From an uncultured Desulfobacter sp. (lineage in GTDB: Bacteria; Desulfobacterota; Desulfobacteria; Desulfobacterales; Desulfobacteraceae), in assembly GCA_963665095.1 (NCBI GenBank), contig OY762069.1:352001-416000 (forward strand): a DNA stretch of 64,000 bases, given 5' to 3'. Under the pieces are notes generated by a model that was not told the DNA's origin, made no database searches, and saw nothing but the letters and a program-made list of their open reading frames with translations. Of the stretch, positions 27,966 to 36,808 are shown piece by piece. The first letter of the stretch is position 1. The number at the start of each line of letters is the position of its first letter. The translations under genes were made by a program, and so were the position numbers.

Positions 27966-29402
27966 ATGACACCAGGAATTTCAAAAAAGCTTTTTATCTT
28001 TATTTTCTTATTCATCCTTATCTTTTACGGCACCGTATTTGGTTTATTTGTGAAGGTTCAGCAGATGTCTGATGCCTCTGCGCGGATTGTCGGCATCAGT
28101 AACCGTATTGCGGTACTGTCAAAGAATCTGAAGGACAGCCTCATTGAAATGGACACCAATATAAAAAAATTGAAGCTGTTGAAAAAAGAGGTCTACTTTG
28201 ACTATTTTGAGTCCGCAAGGCGGACCTATCAAACTGATTTCTTACAGATTCTTGCCCTGGACAAGATCCGGGAAACCCCTGCAGGCTTCTGGTCGGATAT
28301 TGACAAGGCATTTGGCAGCCGTATCCGGCCGGGCATGCCCATGCAGGCGTTGATGGATGATACTGTCGTCTGGATGGAACCCGGGGTCATGGAGCAGTGG
28401 ACAGGGGCCATTGCTGCGGCCAGAAAGGATAATGAAGCCAGAATTGAAGCTTCCCTGATCCAGATCAGTCGGTTAAGCCGGCAGGTGGTGAAAAACGGCA
28501 TGATTGGGTTTGGCATCTCCATTCTGGTGGGCATTATGGGGGTGCTGTTCATCTCCCGGTCCATTATTGTGCCGCTGAACAAGCTGAAATCCGGCTTGAA
28601 AAGTATCTCCCGTGACAACTATTCATATGAAATGCAGGTCTCTTCCCGGGATGAGTTCGGCCAGCTTGCGGCCACTTTCAACGATATGAACCGGCAGCTG
28701 AAAGCCGATGAAGAGATTCGCTCCGACTTTATTGCCACCCTCAGCCATGAGATCAGAAGCCCCTTATCCTCTATCCGTGAATCGGTGAATATGCTCACTG
28801 AGGAGGTCCTTGGGCCGGTGAATGAAAAGCAGAAAAAATTTTTAACCATTGCCGGCAATGAGATTGCCAGAATTACCAGCCTGTTGAACCATCTGCTGGA
28901 CGCCTCCATGCTGGTTGCAGGGGACGAAAAAAGACAGATCCGCCCCTTTGATCCCAATGCGCTTGTGGACTCAGCTGTTTTAAGCATTACTCCCGGTGCA
29001 AAGTCCAGGGAAATTGCCATTGGGTTTACCCCCCTTAAACAGGCACCCATGGTAAAGGCAGATGAAAAGGAGATCATGCAGGTGATGATTAATATCCTTG
29101 ATAATGCCATGAAATTTTCTCCCGGGAACAGCCGGGTGGATATCCGGCTGACCCGGGGACCGGGAAAGCAGTTTCTGACCTGTGGTATCAGTGACCAGGG
29201 GCCGGGGATTCCTGAGGACAAAAAGACCCTGATTTTTAAAAAATATTACCGGGCCAGGGAGGTCCGCAAACATATGAACGGTGTGGGGCTAGGCTTGAAT
29301 ATTGCCCGGCGGATCATCCATGCCAACGGCGGAGCTATTTTTGTGAAAAATAATCCGGATAAGGGGTGCACCTTTTCATTTACCCTGCCGGTTCATCAAT
29401 AA
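27966..29402 (+). CDS. Membrane sensor histidine kinase with HAMP (GlrK/QseE-like layout)
   Basis: Two TM segments, DEFGQLA, LSHEIRSPL, NILDNAMKFS, DQGPGI, GVGLGL; start could be 27915 or 27966. Confidence 0.92.
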   Translation: MTPGISKKLFIFIFLFILIFYGTVFGLFVKVQQMSDASARIVGISNRIAVLSKNLKDSLIEMDTNIKKLKLLKKEVYFDYFESARRTYQTDFLQILALDKIRETPAGFWSDIDKAFGSRIRPGMPMQALMDDTVVWMEPGVMEQWTGAIAAARKDNEARIEASLIQISRLSRQVVKNGMIGFGISILVGIMGVLFISRSIIVPLNKLKSGLKSISRDNYSYEMQVSSRDEFGQLAATFNDMNRQLKADEEIRSDFIATLSHEIRSPLSSIRESVNMLTEEVLGPVNEKQKKFLTIAGNEIARITSLLNHLLDASMLVAGDEKRQIRPFDPNALVDSAVLSITPGAKSREIAIGFTPLKQAPMVKADEKEIMQVMINILDNAMKFSPGNSRVDIRLTRGPGKQFLTCGISDQGPGIPEDKKTLIFKKYYRAREVRKHMNGVGLGLNIARRIIHANGGAIFVKNNPDKGCTFSFTLPVHQ

Positions 29403-29509
29403 CTGCCGCAAACGTCCCTGTTTTTTTGTTCAGGTTTGGTTCGAAACAGGATATGAAAGAAATTCAGAAATTTACTGAAAGTTAAAAAAATAAGCGCAAA
29501 GGAACGTCT

Positions 29510-30241
29510 ATGCTTCTTTTACGGATATCTGTCCGCTGCTTGAGATTGATGATAACAAGGGGGCAAAGCCGCCTGCTGTTTTTTTTAAAATTATGGATCT
29601 TTACCTGCCTTTTAAGTGCTTCCATTGGCGGGTGCGGATGGCTATCGACCTGTTCGGTTATCTGCCGGGATGAACTGGTGAAACAGGGGCAGGATGCGTA
29701 TTTAAATGAAGATTACACCCTTGCCCGGCAGGTTTTTCATGATCTTGCCTTGCGGGAAGATGATATTGATCTGCAGGCTGCCGGCTGCTACGGAATGCTG
29801 TGTCTTGACATGACCCTTGCAGAAAATGCCCCGGCCTTTCGTAAGGCCGCAGAGCAATTTTTCCTGCTGCCGTCCCGGCAGAACTATGCACCCCCGGTGG
29901 ATGGGATACAGGTGCCTGGGGCACAGGAAAACTGGCCCGGCCCCGAATTTCCATTTCTGCATCCTGCGATGCTGGTCAGGGCAATGGCCCATGGCACGGT
30001 GCTGCTGGAATCGGAGCGGGATGGCATCCTGGAGAAATTAAATGCGCTTTTTGCCAAAGAAAAGGTGTATATAAAAGAGCGGAGCAATATGCAGTCGGCC
30101 ATTGAAAATTTAAAACAGGAAATTGCTGATTTAAAAGCAATGGTTTTATCCGGACAGGAAGAGATAACAGCGCTTAAGCATCAGATCACCACCCTTGAAA
30201 ATATTGACAGGCAACAGCAGGAGCAAAGGAAAAATAAGTGA
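29510..30241 (+). CDS. Probable lipoprotein with C-terminal coiled coil, between kinase and regulator (QseG-like position)
   Basis: Hydrophobic leader with SIGGC lipobox-like site; heptad tail ending LENIDRQQQEQRKNK; overlaps the regulator start (GTGA). Confidence 0.6.
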   Translation: MLLLRISVRCLRLMITRGQSRLLFFLKLWIFTCLLSASIGGCGWLSTCSVICRDELVKQGQDAYLNEDYTLARQVFHDLALREDDIDLQAAGCYGMLCLDMTLAENAPAFRKAAEQFFLLPSRQNYAPPVDGIQVPGAQENWPGPEFPFLHPAMLVRAMAHGTVLLESERDGILEKLNALFAKEKVYIKERSNMQSAIENLKQEIADLKAMVLSGQEEITALKHQITTLENIDRQQQEQRKNK

Positions 30242-31599
30242 CAGCAGCACCTAAAATATTAATTGTAGATGATGACCCAAGCATTCTGGAAGTTCTGGAT
30301 GCACGGCTGACCGCATCCAACTTTAAGGTGTTGAAGGCTAAGAATGCGGCCGGTGCCGAGCAGATACTCAAAGAGCAGCAGGGAATTGATCTTCTGGTAT
30401 CTGATATCAAAATGCCGGATAAGAGCGGTATGGAGCTGTTCAACGGTATCAGAAAAACCCTGCCGGATCTGCCGGTCATTTTCCTGACAGCTTACGGGAC
30501 GATACCCGATGCCGTGGAGGCCATCAAACAGGGTGCGGCTGACTATATTTCCAAGCCCTTTGACGGCCGGGAACTGATAAGAAAAATAGATGCGGTTATG
30601 GCAGTGCGGTCAACCGGGGCAAAGGTGCGCCCCGCCCCCGTAGTTGAAGCAGGATTTTACTGGGGCAAATCCACAGTTATGAAAAATCTTTACAATATGG
30701 TTCAAAAAGTGGCTGCCACCCAGGTGAATGTGCTGATCCTGGGCGAAAGCGGGGTGGGCAAGGAACAGATTGCCGGCTGCATTCACCGGAACAGCGAAAG
30801 AGACACCCGGCCTTATATGGTGGTGGACTGTGGTTCCACGCCCCCCGGAATTCTTGAAAGTGAGTTGTTCGGACATCTTAAAGGTGCGTTTACCCATGCG
30901 GTCAAGGACAAGGTGGGATTGATTCAGGCCGCCGATACAGGGACCCTTTTCCTGGATGAGATTGGTAATATTTCCCATGATATGCAGTGCAGGTTGTTAA
31001 GGTTTCTGGAGGACAAAAAGATCCGTCAGGTGGGGGCGGTCAAGGAAACGCCTGTGGACTGCCGGGTGATTGCCGCCACCAATGCCGATCTGGCGGAGGC
31101 CATTGAGACCGGCTCTTTCCGTCAGGATCTTTACTACCGGCTTAAAGGGATCACTTTAACCGTGCCGTCTCTGCGCAAACGCAAAGAGGATATTTATCCC
31201 CTGGCCGCGTTGTTCGCGGACAGGTACGCCGCTGATAACGGCATTGAGCAGATTCACATTTCTGATGCCGCCGTCAAGGTGCTGGAAGAGCATACCTGGC
31301 CCGGGAATGTACGCGAGTTGAAAAACATCATCGAAGCAGGCGCCGTGTTATGTCGGGATCACGTGATTGAGCCATGGGATCTGCAGGTTGAAAGTATCCG
31401 GAAAGATGCGGTGATGATCAGTGATCTGCCCGAATCACAGTCATTTTCCATTGAGCTTAGTGAAAAACAGACCATTATCCGGGCACTGAAACAGGCCCGG
31501 GGAGTGCAGAAAGACGCGGCTGAACTTGTAGGAATCAGCAAGCGGGCAATGCATTACAAAGTTAGAAAGTATGACATTGACCCTGGGGAATACAAATAG
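30238..31599 (+). CDS. Sigma-54-dependent response regulator (REC, AAA+, Fis HTH)
   Basis: VDDD, SDIKMP, GESGVGKE, ESELFGH, GAFTHA, LFLDEIG, FRQDLYYRL, WPGNVREL, HTH AAELVGIS. Confidence 0.95.
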   Translation: MTAAPKILIVDDDPSILEVLDARLTASNFKVLKAKNAAGAEQILKEQQGIDLLVSDIKMPDKSGMELFNGIRKTLPDLPVIFLTAYGTIPDAVEAIKQGAADYISKPFDGRELIRKIDAVMAVRSTGAKVRPAPVVEAGFYWGKSTVMKNLYNMVQKVAATQVNVLILGESGVGKEQIAGCIHRNSERDTRPYMVVDCGSTPPGILESELFGHLKGAFTHAVKDKVGLIQAADTGTLFLDEIGNISHDMQCRLLRFLEDKKIRQVGAVKETPVDCRVIAATNADLAEAIETGSFRQDLYYRLKGITLTVPSLRKRKEDIYPLAALFADRYAADNGIEQIHISDAAVKVLEEHTWPGNVRELKNIIEAGAVLCRDHVIEPWDLQVESIRKDAVMISDLPESQSFSIELSEKQTIIRALKQARGVQKDAAELVGISKRAMHYKVRKYDIDPGEYK

Positions 31600-31630
31600 A
31601 ACTATCCTGCTGGTTCAATTCAATTATTGG

Positions 31631-31984
31631 CTATTCGGCTGCAACGGCATTGGTCACTATTAATAAGATACCATGTTTGTTCTTTTCAAGCCGCCCGCTG
31701 ACCATGACCACTTTGCCCACCATGGTTTCAAGGGCCGGGACACCTGGCTCCGGATCCTGTTTTAACAGATATGTGCCGGTCCCGTTGATCAGGGTCAGGC
31801 CTGATTTGCCCACTTCAACAATTCCCCTGTAGATGCCCTTTTCCTTTGCATAGTTGAGTCCGGGGGCAGGGGTTACAGCATCTTTCATGTACGCGTGACC
31901 CGGCTGTCCCTGTTCACTGGCTGAGGCAGGCAACCAGATCACTGACAGACTGAGAGCCATAAGGGCCGTGATGGTCTTTTTCAT
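31631..31984 (-). CDS. Small exported protein (possible OB-fold)
   Basis: ATG 31984 after GAGGAG; signal peptide MKKTITALMALSLSVIWLPASA; tail MVGKVVMVSGRL. Confidence 0.7.
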   Translation of the reverse strand: MKKTITALMALSLSVIWLPASASEQGQPGHAYMKDAVTPAPGLNYAKEKGIYRGIVEVGKSGLTLINGTGTYLLKQDPEPGVPALETMVGKVVMVSGRLEKNKHGILLIVTNAVAAE

Positions 31985-32056
31985 TTTATCTCCTCGTGTT
32001 CTTTGTTTGGCTTGATCACAAACCAACCGTTCTGCAGTTTTCCAATAATTCTTTTG

Positions 32057-32072
32057 AGCAAGTCATGTACCA
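32057..32072 (-). promoter_or_regulatory. Sigma-54 (-24/-12) promoter for the small exported protein
   Basis: Minus strand TGGTAC-ATGAC-TTGCT with canonical GG-N10-GC spacing, about 70 nt upstream of ATG 31984. Confidence 0.75.
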
Positions 32073-32133
32073 TGATGTAAATGTTCTTTTTTTTAGCGGA
32101 TTGCCTGCTGTAGAGATGGCAATTTTTGGGGAA

Positions 32134-32273
32134 CGGGTTACCAAACATTCATGCCCGGGTTACCAATTGTGCCTGTCCATATTCCTCCGGAAAGATTGTA
32201 CGATGCCATGGCCGCCTGATGCAGTTTTTGTAACCTGGATGTAACTGGGGATGAATTTTTTGTAACCCGGGGA
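32134..32273. promoter_or_regulatory. Candidate enhancer (UAS) array of GTAACCCGG-like motifs
   Basis: CGGGTTACCAA at 32134 and 32156 (22-bp period); TTTGTAACCTGG at 32227, ATGTAACTGGGG at 32239, TTTGTAACCCGG at 32259. Confidence 0.55.
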
Positions 32274-32360
32274 CTTGCTGCGTTAGTATTTCGCAGCAGT
32301 TGACGCCTTAAAGAGTTTAAAAAAAAGACATTATCACTTTCCTTTTGTCCATTTTTTTTA

Positions 32361-32375
32361 TGGCACACATGTTGC
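32361..32375 (+). promoter_or_regulatory. Sigma-54 (-24/-12) promoter for the 100-aa gene
   Basis: TGGCAC-ACATG-TTGC, a consensus match, about 90 nt upstream of ATG 32463. Confidence 0.8.
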
Positions 32376-32462
32376 CATCATTGAAAACAGTATGACAACA
32401 AAATGAATTGTCTGAACACAAACACGATTTAGACCCTGTAAGGAGGCTGTGATTAAAAGACC

Positions 32463-32765
32463 ATGAAACAAAATGGAACCACCTATTTCAGTGCGGAATT
32501 TCAATTGGAGAATCCGGGAATTTATTATCATTTTAAGTTGAGGAAAAATGAGGCAGAACCTCTTTTTGTCCTGATAACAAAGAACTCAAAGGCTGTGTCC
32601 AGCCTGAAGCAGGGAGCCCTGGTGCCCATGATTTTTCATTACCAGGATAAAACCATTCCATCGGATCGCAGACACACCCGTATAAAGTATGTACTTGACG
32701 GCAACCCCATTGGATTTGCGAATCATTTTATGATTGGGCTGGACATAGACAGAATAGGCGAATAG
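32463..32765 (+). CDS. Small hypothetical protein, possibly PilZ-like beta-barrel
   Basis: AAGGAGG RBS and sigma-54 promoter; beta-rich pattern (YHFKLR...LFVLI...IKYV...HFMIGL). Confidence 0.65.
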   Translation: MKQNGTTYFSAEFQLENPGIYYHFKLRKNEAEPLFVLITKNSKAVSSLKQGALVPMIFHYQDKTIPSDRRHTRIKYVLDGNPIGFANHFMIGLDIDRIGE

Positions 32766-32769
32766 CCGG

Positions 32770-32893
32770 TGTTTGGACAAAAAGTTGCCCACCTGCGGCG
32801 TTGCTGCGCAAATCTAAAATCCTCACGTACTGAAGTACGCTCCGGCTTTAGCTTTGCTTGTGCCTTGCATCTGGGCAACTTTTTGTCCAAACA
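32770..32893. repeat. 124-bp palindromic element (MITE/REP-like), copy 1
   Basis: Perfect 22-bp IR TGTTTGGACAAAAAGTTGCCCA/TGGGCAACTTTTTGTCCAAACA; core CCTCACGTACTGAAGTACGCTCCGG; lies between convergent genes. Confidence 0.9.
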
Positions 32894-32902
32894 GAAAACC
32901 TT

Positions 32903-33811
32903 TTATTTAAAGATTTGAGACGGATTCAGATCTGATTCCCGTGTGTACCGGATCAGGGCGTCAATGCCCACCAGAGGATAGGATGCATAGGGGAAATTGA
33001 GCAGGAGCGGGCTTGACAGGTCCTGTCCTTTTTGTTCTCTTGTTTCCGTTTCAGGGGCCCGGTGGTTACGGAACCTGCCGGCAAGTTTTATTCCCAGGGC
33101 GTCGAGCTGGTTTTCAATGCGCCGGGTTTCTGCCAGGGAGAGGGTGTCGGTGTTATGAACCGCGTAGCACAGGGCTTTTTGTTCAAAAAAGGCTTTAAGG
33201 ATCTGGTGATCGGATTTGATCTCCATGATCCTTGCCAGTACTTTGTCCTGGGCAATCTCTTTGCCGGCAAATTTGATCTTTTCAATGATCTCTTTTTTTT
33301 TATTAATGTCCCGCCGCAGTTTTTCCAGCTGGTCCACCCAGAGCAAAGACAGCCCGGGCAGGTTGAAGAAACTTAAGGAAAGCGCTGTGGGCGGCATGTC
33401 TGCAATAAGATAATCCCAGCCCCGGTATTTTTTTAAAAGATCTGAAAAGGCGGCTGTCAGCGCATGGGCCTCCATACCCGGTGCAAATTTCAACACATCA
33501 AAATAGTTGGTCAGATTAAACGCGGTCAGGTAGGTGTAGTTGCGTTTGACTTTTTTAGTTACCTCTTTAAGGTAGGAGGCGATCTCCCTGTCCCTGTCCA
33601 CCTGCATCACCTCAAGGCCGGGGAGTACCTGCCTGGGAACATGGGAAAAATCTGACAGAAAAATGTCTGACAGATTGTGGGCATCATCAAAGGAGGCCAG
33701 GGCCACACGCCGGCCTTTGGCGGCCAGGTCCAGGGCGCAAAGCGTGGCGCAGGTGGATTTGCCTGTGCCGCCTTTCCCTAAAAAAAACAGAACATCCGGA
33801 TCAGTGGTCAT
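32903..33811 (-). CDS. ArsA/Get3-family ATPase (single domain)
   Basis: Deviant Walker A GKGGTGKST, SFDDAHNLSDIF, APGMEA, ADMPPT, LSLAETRR. Confidence 0.85.
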   Translation of the reverse strand: MTTDPDVLFFLGKGGTGKSTCATLCALDLAAKGRRVALASFDDAHNLSDIFLSDFSHVPRQVLPGLEVMQVDRDREIASYLKEVTKKVKRNYTYLTAFNLTNYFDVLKFAPGMEAHALTAAFSDLLKKYRGWDYLIADMPPTALSLSFFNLPGLSLLWVDQLEKLRRDINKKKEIIEKIKFAGKEIAQDKVLARIMEIKSDHQILKAFFEQKALCYAVHNTDTLSLAETRRIENQLDALGIKLAGRFRNHRAPETETREQKGQDLSSPLLLNFPYASYPLVGIDALIRYTRESDLNPSQIFK

Positions 33812-34101
33812 GAGATTTCAAATACGCTGAAAAGTCTGGATAACGGTTCATTGGCGGTTTCCACCCGGTCCATCATAAGTATGAGCTCCTTTTCCATATC
33901 CGGCAGAAGGTCCATGCTGATTCTCACCGGCGGGGCAGGCATGCCAATGAACGCCCCCTGGCACAGAATGCCGAAAATGTACTCCATCTCCTCCACCTCG
34001 TCTTCGAGTCTGTCACAGGCCTTGTAACGGGCCACCTCGTCTGCTGTTTTCCAGGCATTGACCAGTCTGTTTTTTATTTTCATCAGCCAGCTCTGATTCA
34101 T
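33808..34101 (-). CDS. Small CstA/ArsA-associated protein
   Basis: Coupled by 4-nt overlaps on both sides; LEDEVEEMEYIFGILCQGAFIGMPAPP...MDLLP resembles small proteins found between cstA and arsA-like genes. Confidence 0.7.
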   Translation of the reverse strand: MNQSWLMKIKNRLVNAWKTADEVARYKACDRLEDEVEEMEYIFGILCQGAFIGMPAPPVRISMDLLPDMEKELILMMDRVETANEPLSRLFSVFEIS

Positions 34102-34559
34102 GAGAGCACCACTTTGAACATGCGGATGTCATGGCAGATCCGTTTCTGGGAAGGGAAATAATAATAAACCCCGTAAAGGGCCATGAGAATAATTCCTCCG
34201 GCGTGGAATTCTGACAGATTGCCGCATACGGCAACAAGGGCCAGATAGGGCGTGATGCAGGGCAGAATAATCAGCCGGCGCTGAAATGCCAGAAATGCGG
34301 TTCCCGGTACCCGGGTGTCTCCCATAACTTTGTGGGCAAACTGGGTCCGGATCATGATTGGCCCTGCAATGGCTGTGACAGCGGCACAGAAAAAAAGAAC
34401 GGCATGCCATACTTTGGGAAGATGCACAAAAAGCGTATCCGGATACAGTCCGGGAAAGTTGCGTAGTGCAAGCAGGCATGCCAGAATTACCGCTGCAGGT
34501 CCTAAAAGCTGCCAGTAAAGTCGTTTTAACGATGATATCAGTTTATGTTTAGAATTCAT
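34098..34559 (-). CDS. Hypothetical membrane protein (about 4 TM segments)
   Basis: Four hydrophobic segments, ending YYYFPSQKRI; overlaps the next gene. Confidence 0.7.
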   Translation of the reverse strand: MNSKHKLISSLKRLYWQLLGPAAVILACLLALRNFPGLYPDTLFVHLPKVWHAVLFFCAAVTAIAGPIMIRTQFAHKVMGDTRVPGTAFLAFQRRLIILPCITPYLALVAVCGNLSEFHAGGIILMALYGVYYYFPSQKRICHDIRMFKVVLS

Positions 34560-34565
34560 TTTGAC

Positions 34566-34595
34566 AAAAACCGGGCAGGAACGGGTCCTGCCCGG
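34566..34595 (-). terminator. Intrinsic terminator-like hairpin directly after cstA
   Basis: Minus strand CCGGGCAGGA-CCCGT-TCCTGCCCGG-TTTTT, a 10-bp perfect stem. Confidence 0.75.
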
Positions 34596-34618
34596 AGAGT
34601 ATGGTTATCTGTGTAGTT

Positions 34619-36334
34619 TTAACTGTCGGATTTAACCGTTGCGATTTTAATCAGGCCTTCAATGAAGATCCAGGCAGCCAGAAGAAGGCTGATACCGTTC
34701 ACCACCTGAAGCAGTACATTGTGTTTGGCGCCATACTGGGTCTGGTTCAGGACCAGTGCCCAGATGGTTAAAACCATCATTGCAATGGCGGGAATGCCGG
34801 CCACAAGCCATTTGAGACCGCCTTTGGTTTTAAGGTATGCCGCAATGATAATCAATGCCAGCCCGGCCAGGGTCTGATTGACGGCACCGAACATGGGCCA
34901 CAGTTTGAGGGCGCCTGCGCCGCCGGCACCTGTGGCAAAGGCCAGGGCCAAAGCCGTTGCGACCGCCAGGAAGGTGGCCGTATATTTACCGGTGAGAAAA
35001 TCCATTTTCAGGCCGGAGAACAGCTCTGAAATAATGTAGCGCTGGATACGGGTGGCAGTATCCAGAGTGGTACCGGCAAATGAGGCCACGAAAACACCCA
35101 TGACGGCAATGCACAGGCTGGTGGGAATCCCCATGGTGGCGATCATATTGGCAGACCCGTTGACAAAGGCGCCGATTTTGGAACCAAGGCCGGCTGCTGC
35201 GGCCCAGGATGAATAATGGGTGGTCCAGGCCGCCACGCCGGTCAGTACCTGGCCGTCTTTTGTGGTGTACCCCATACCGATACCGGCGGCCACGGCAACA
35301 ATAACCAGGACGGCAAGCGCGCCTTCCAGAAGCATGGAACCATAGCCAACAAAAAGGGCATCGGTTTCATATCTCACCTGTTTGGCGGAGGTGCCGGATG
35401 ATACCAGGGAGTGGAAACCAGAGATGGCGCCGCAGGCAATGGTGATGAATAGGAACGGCCACATGGGGGGGGCTTTTTCCGGTGTCAGCTGAACCGCAGG
35501 GGCTACGATGTGAAGATCGCCACTGAAGGCGGAAACGAAAACACCGGCAATCAGTAGGGCCATGGCAATGAGCAGCTGGTGGGAGTTGATAAAATCCCGG
35601 GGCTGCAGCAGGGTGGTCACCGGCAGGACAGATGCAATGAAGGCATAGATCAGCAGGATGATACTCCATGTGCCTGTGGCGGGAATTCCTGCAATCACCG
35701 GCATTTTAAAGGGCAGATATATGCCGATGGCCACAGTGACGTACATGAGAACCACCGCGATAATGGACCAGGTCATAATACTTTTGCCCTGTTTATAAAC
35801 CGCATGGCCCAGCCAGACCGCAATGGCAACTTCGCACCATACCGGGAACACGGACTGGGGATACATGCTGAAGACAATGGCAATAACCAGACCGAATACC
35901 GCAATCACAATCCATAGTTCAAGAAATACAATTAAAAAGAAAAAGAACCGGGTCCGGCTGTTGACATATTTGGACGTATAGTCTGCGATGGATTTCCCCT
36001 GGTTTCTCATGGAGATGATCAGCGCGCCGAAATCGTGAACCGCGCCCATGAAAATACTGCCCACAAATACCCAGATAAGCGCGGGGACCCAGCCCCAGAT
36101 AATGGCCACAGCCGGTCCCACAATGGGGCCGGTGCCGGCAATGGAAGTAAAGTGATGACCAAAGATCACCTCTTTTTTGGTGGGCACATAGTCCACCCCG
36201 TCTTCCATCTCTACGGAAGGGACGCCTGCCTCCTGGGTCAGGTTGAATATTTTTTTGCCAATGAACCGGCCGTAAAGGTTGTACATGATAAGATAGCCTG
36301 CAAAGGCCAGTACCATGATTAACAGTGCACCCAT
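34619..36334 (-). CDS. cstA: Carbon starvation protein A family transporter (pyruvate/peptide)
   Basis: DGVDYVPT, FGHHFTSIAGTGPIVGP, GAVHDF, LLQPRDFIN, FITIACGAISGFHSLVSSGT, GYGSMLLEG, TTLDTATR, LWPMFGAVNQ. Confidence 0.96.
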   Translation of the reverse strand: MGALLIMVLAFAGYLIMYNLYGRFIGKKIFNLTQEAGVPSVEMEDGVDYVPTKKEVIFGHHFTSIAGTGPIVGPAVAIIWGWVPALIWVFVGSIFMGAVHDFGALIISMRNQGKSIADYTSKYVNSRTRFFFFLIVFLELWIVIAVFGLVIAIVFSMYPQSVFPVWCEVAIAVWLGHAVYKQGKSIMTWSIIAVVLMYVTVAIGIYLPFKMPVIAGIPATGTWSIILLIYAFIASVLPVTTLLQPRDFINSHQLLIAMALLIAGVFVSAFSGDLHIVAPAVQLTPEKAPPMWPFLFITIACGAISGFHSLVSSGTSAKQVRYETDALFVGYGSMLLEGALAVLVIVAVAAGIGMGYTTKDGQVLTGVAAWTTHYSSWAAAAGLGSKIGAFVNGSANMIATMGIPTSLCIAVMGVFVASFAGTTLDTATRIQRYIISELFSGLKMDFLTGKYTATFLAVATALALAFATGAGGAGALKLWPMFGAVNQTLAGLALIIIAAYLKTKGGLKWLVAGIPAIAMMVLTIWALVLNQTQYGAKHNVLLQVVNGISLLLAAWIFIEGLIKIATVKSDS

Positions 36335-36808
36335 TTTTCTTGCCCTCCTTTTTGTTTGCCTGCTTCCGGTGGTTTTTACACGGCACGGGCAGGCAGCTTT
36401 GTTGGAAGACTTCTTTATTTTTGTTTTTTAATAGCCTTGCAGGGGTGCGGGCCTATTTTAATCCCCGGAAAATGGATACCTTCTGAAGATTAAAATGGGC
36501 CCGGGCCTCTGAGGGCCCTTAAAAAAGCAAATCATTTAAGAAATCTTCAAATTATTAAAACATCCTTATCTAAAAAACCGGACAATGACGGAAATATGAG
36601 GGAACTGTGCCCCAAATGCCCTAAATCTTTCCAGTCAAGTTTGACACAGCTTATGGTTGATATGCCTGTACTCATTTTTCGTCCCGGAGCACTGTTTCAA
36701 AGCAGAACCAAAGCCTTTCTTCCGTCATCACCGTTGACGTTGACTATACTCCAATGATATGGGAGGGACAACAAATTTGTTCAAGTTTAGCTATTGTTTG
36801 AGTACATA

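Noticed and set aside
33808..33811. TGA of the small cstA-linked gene as selenocysteine (some cstA partner proteins end in Cys/Sec motifs)
   Set aside because: The C-terminus is FEIS with no Cys, the TGA is part of an ATGA coupling overlap, and no SECIS is evident.
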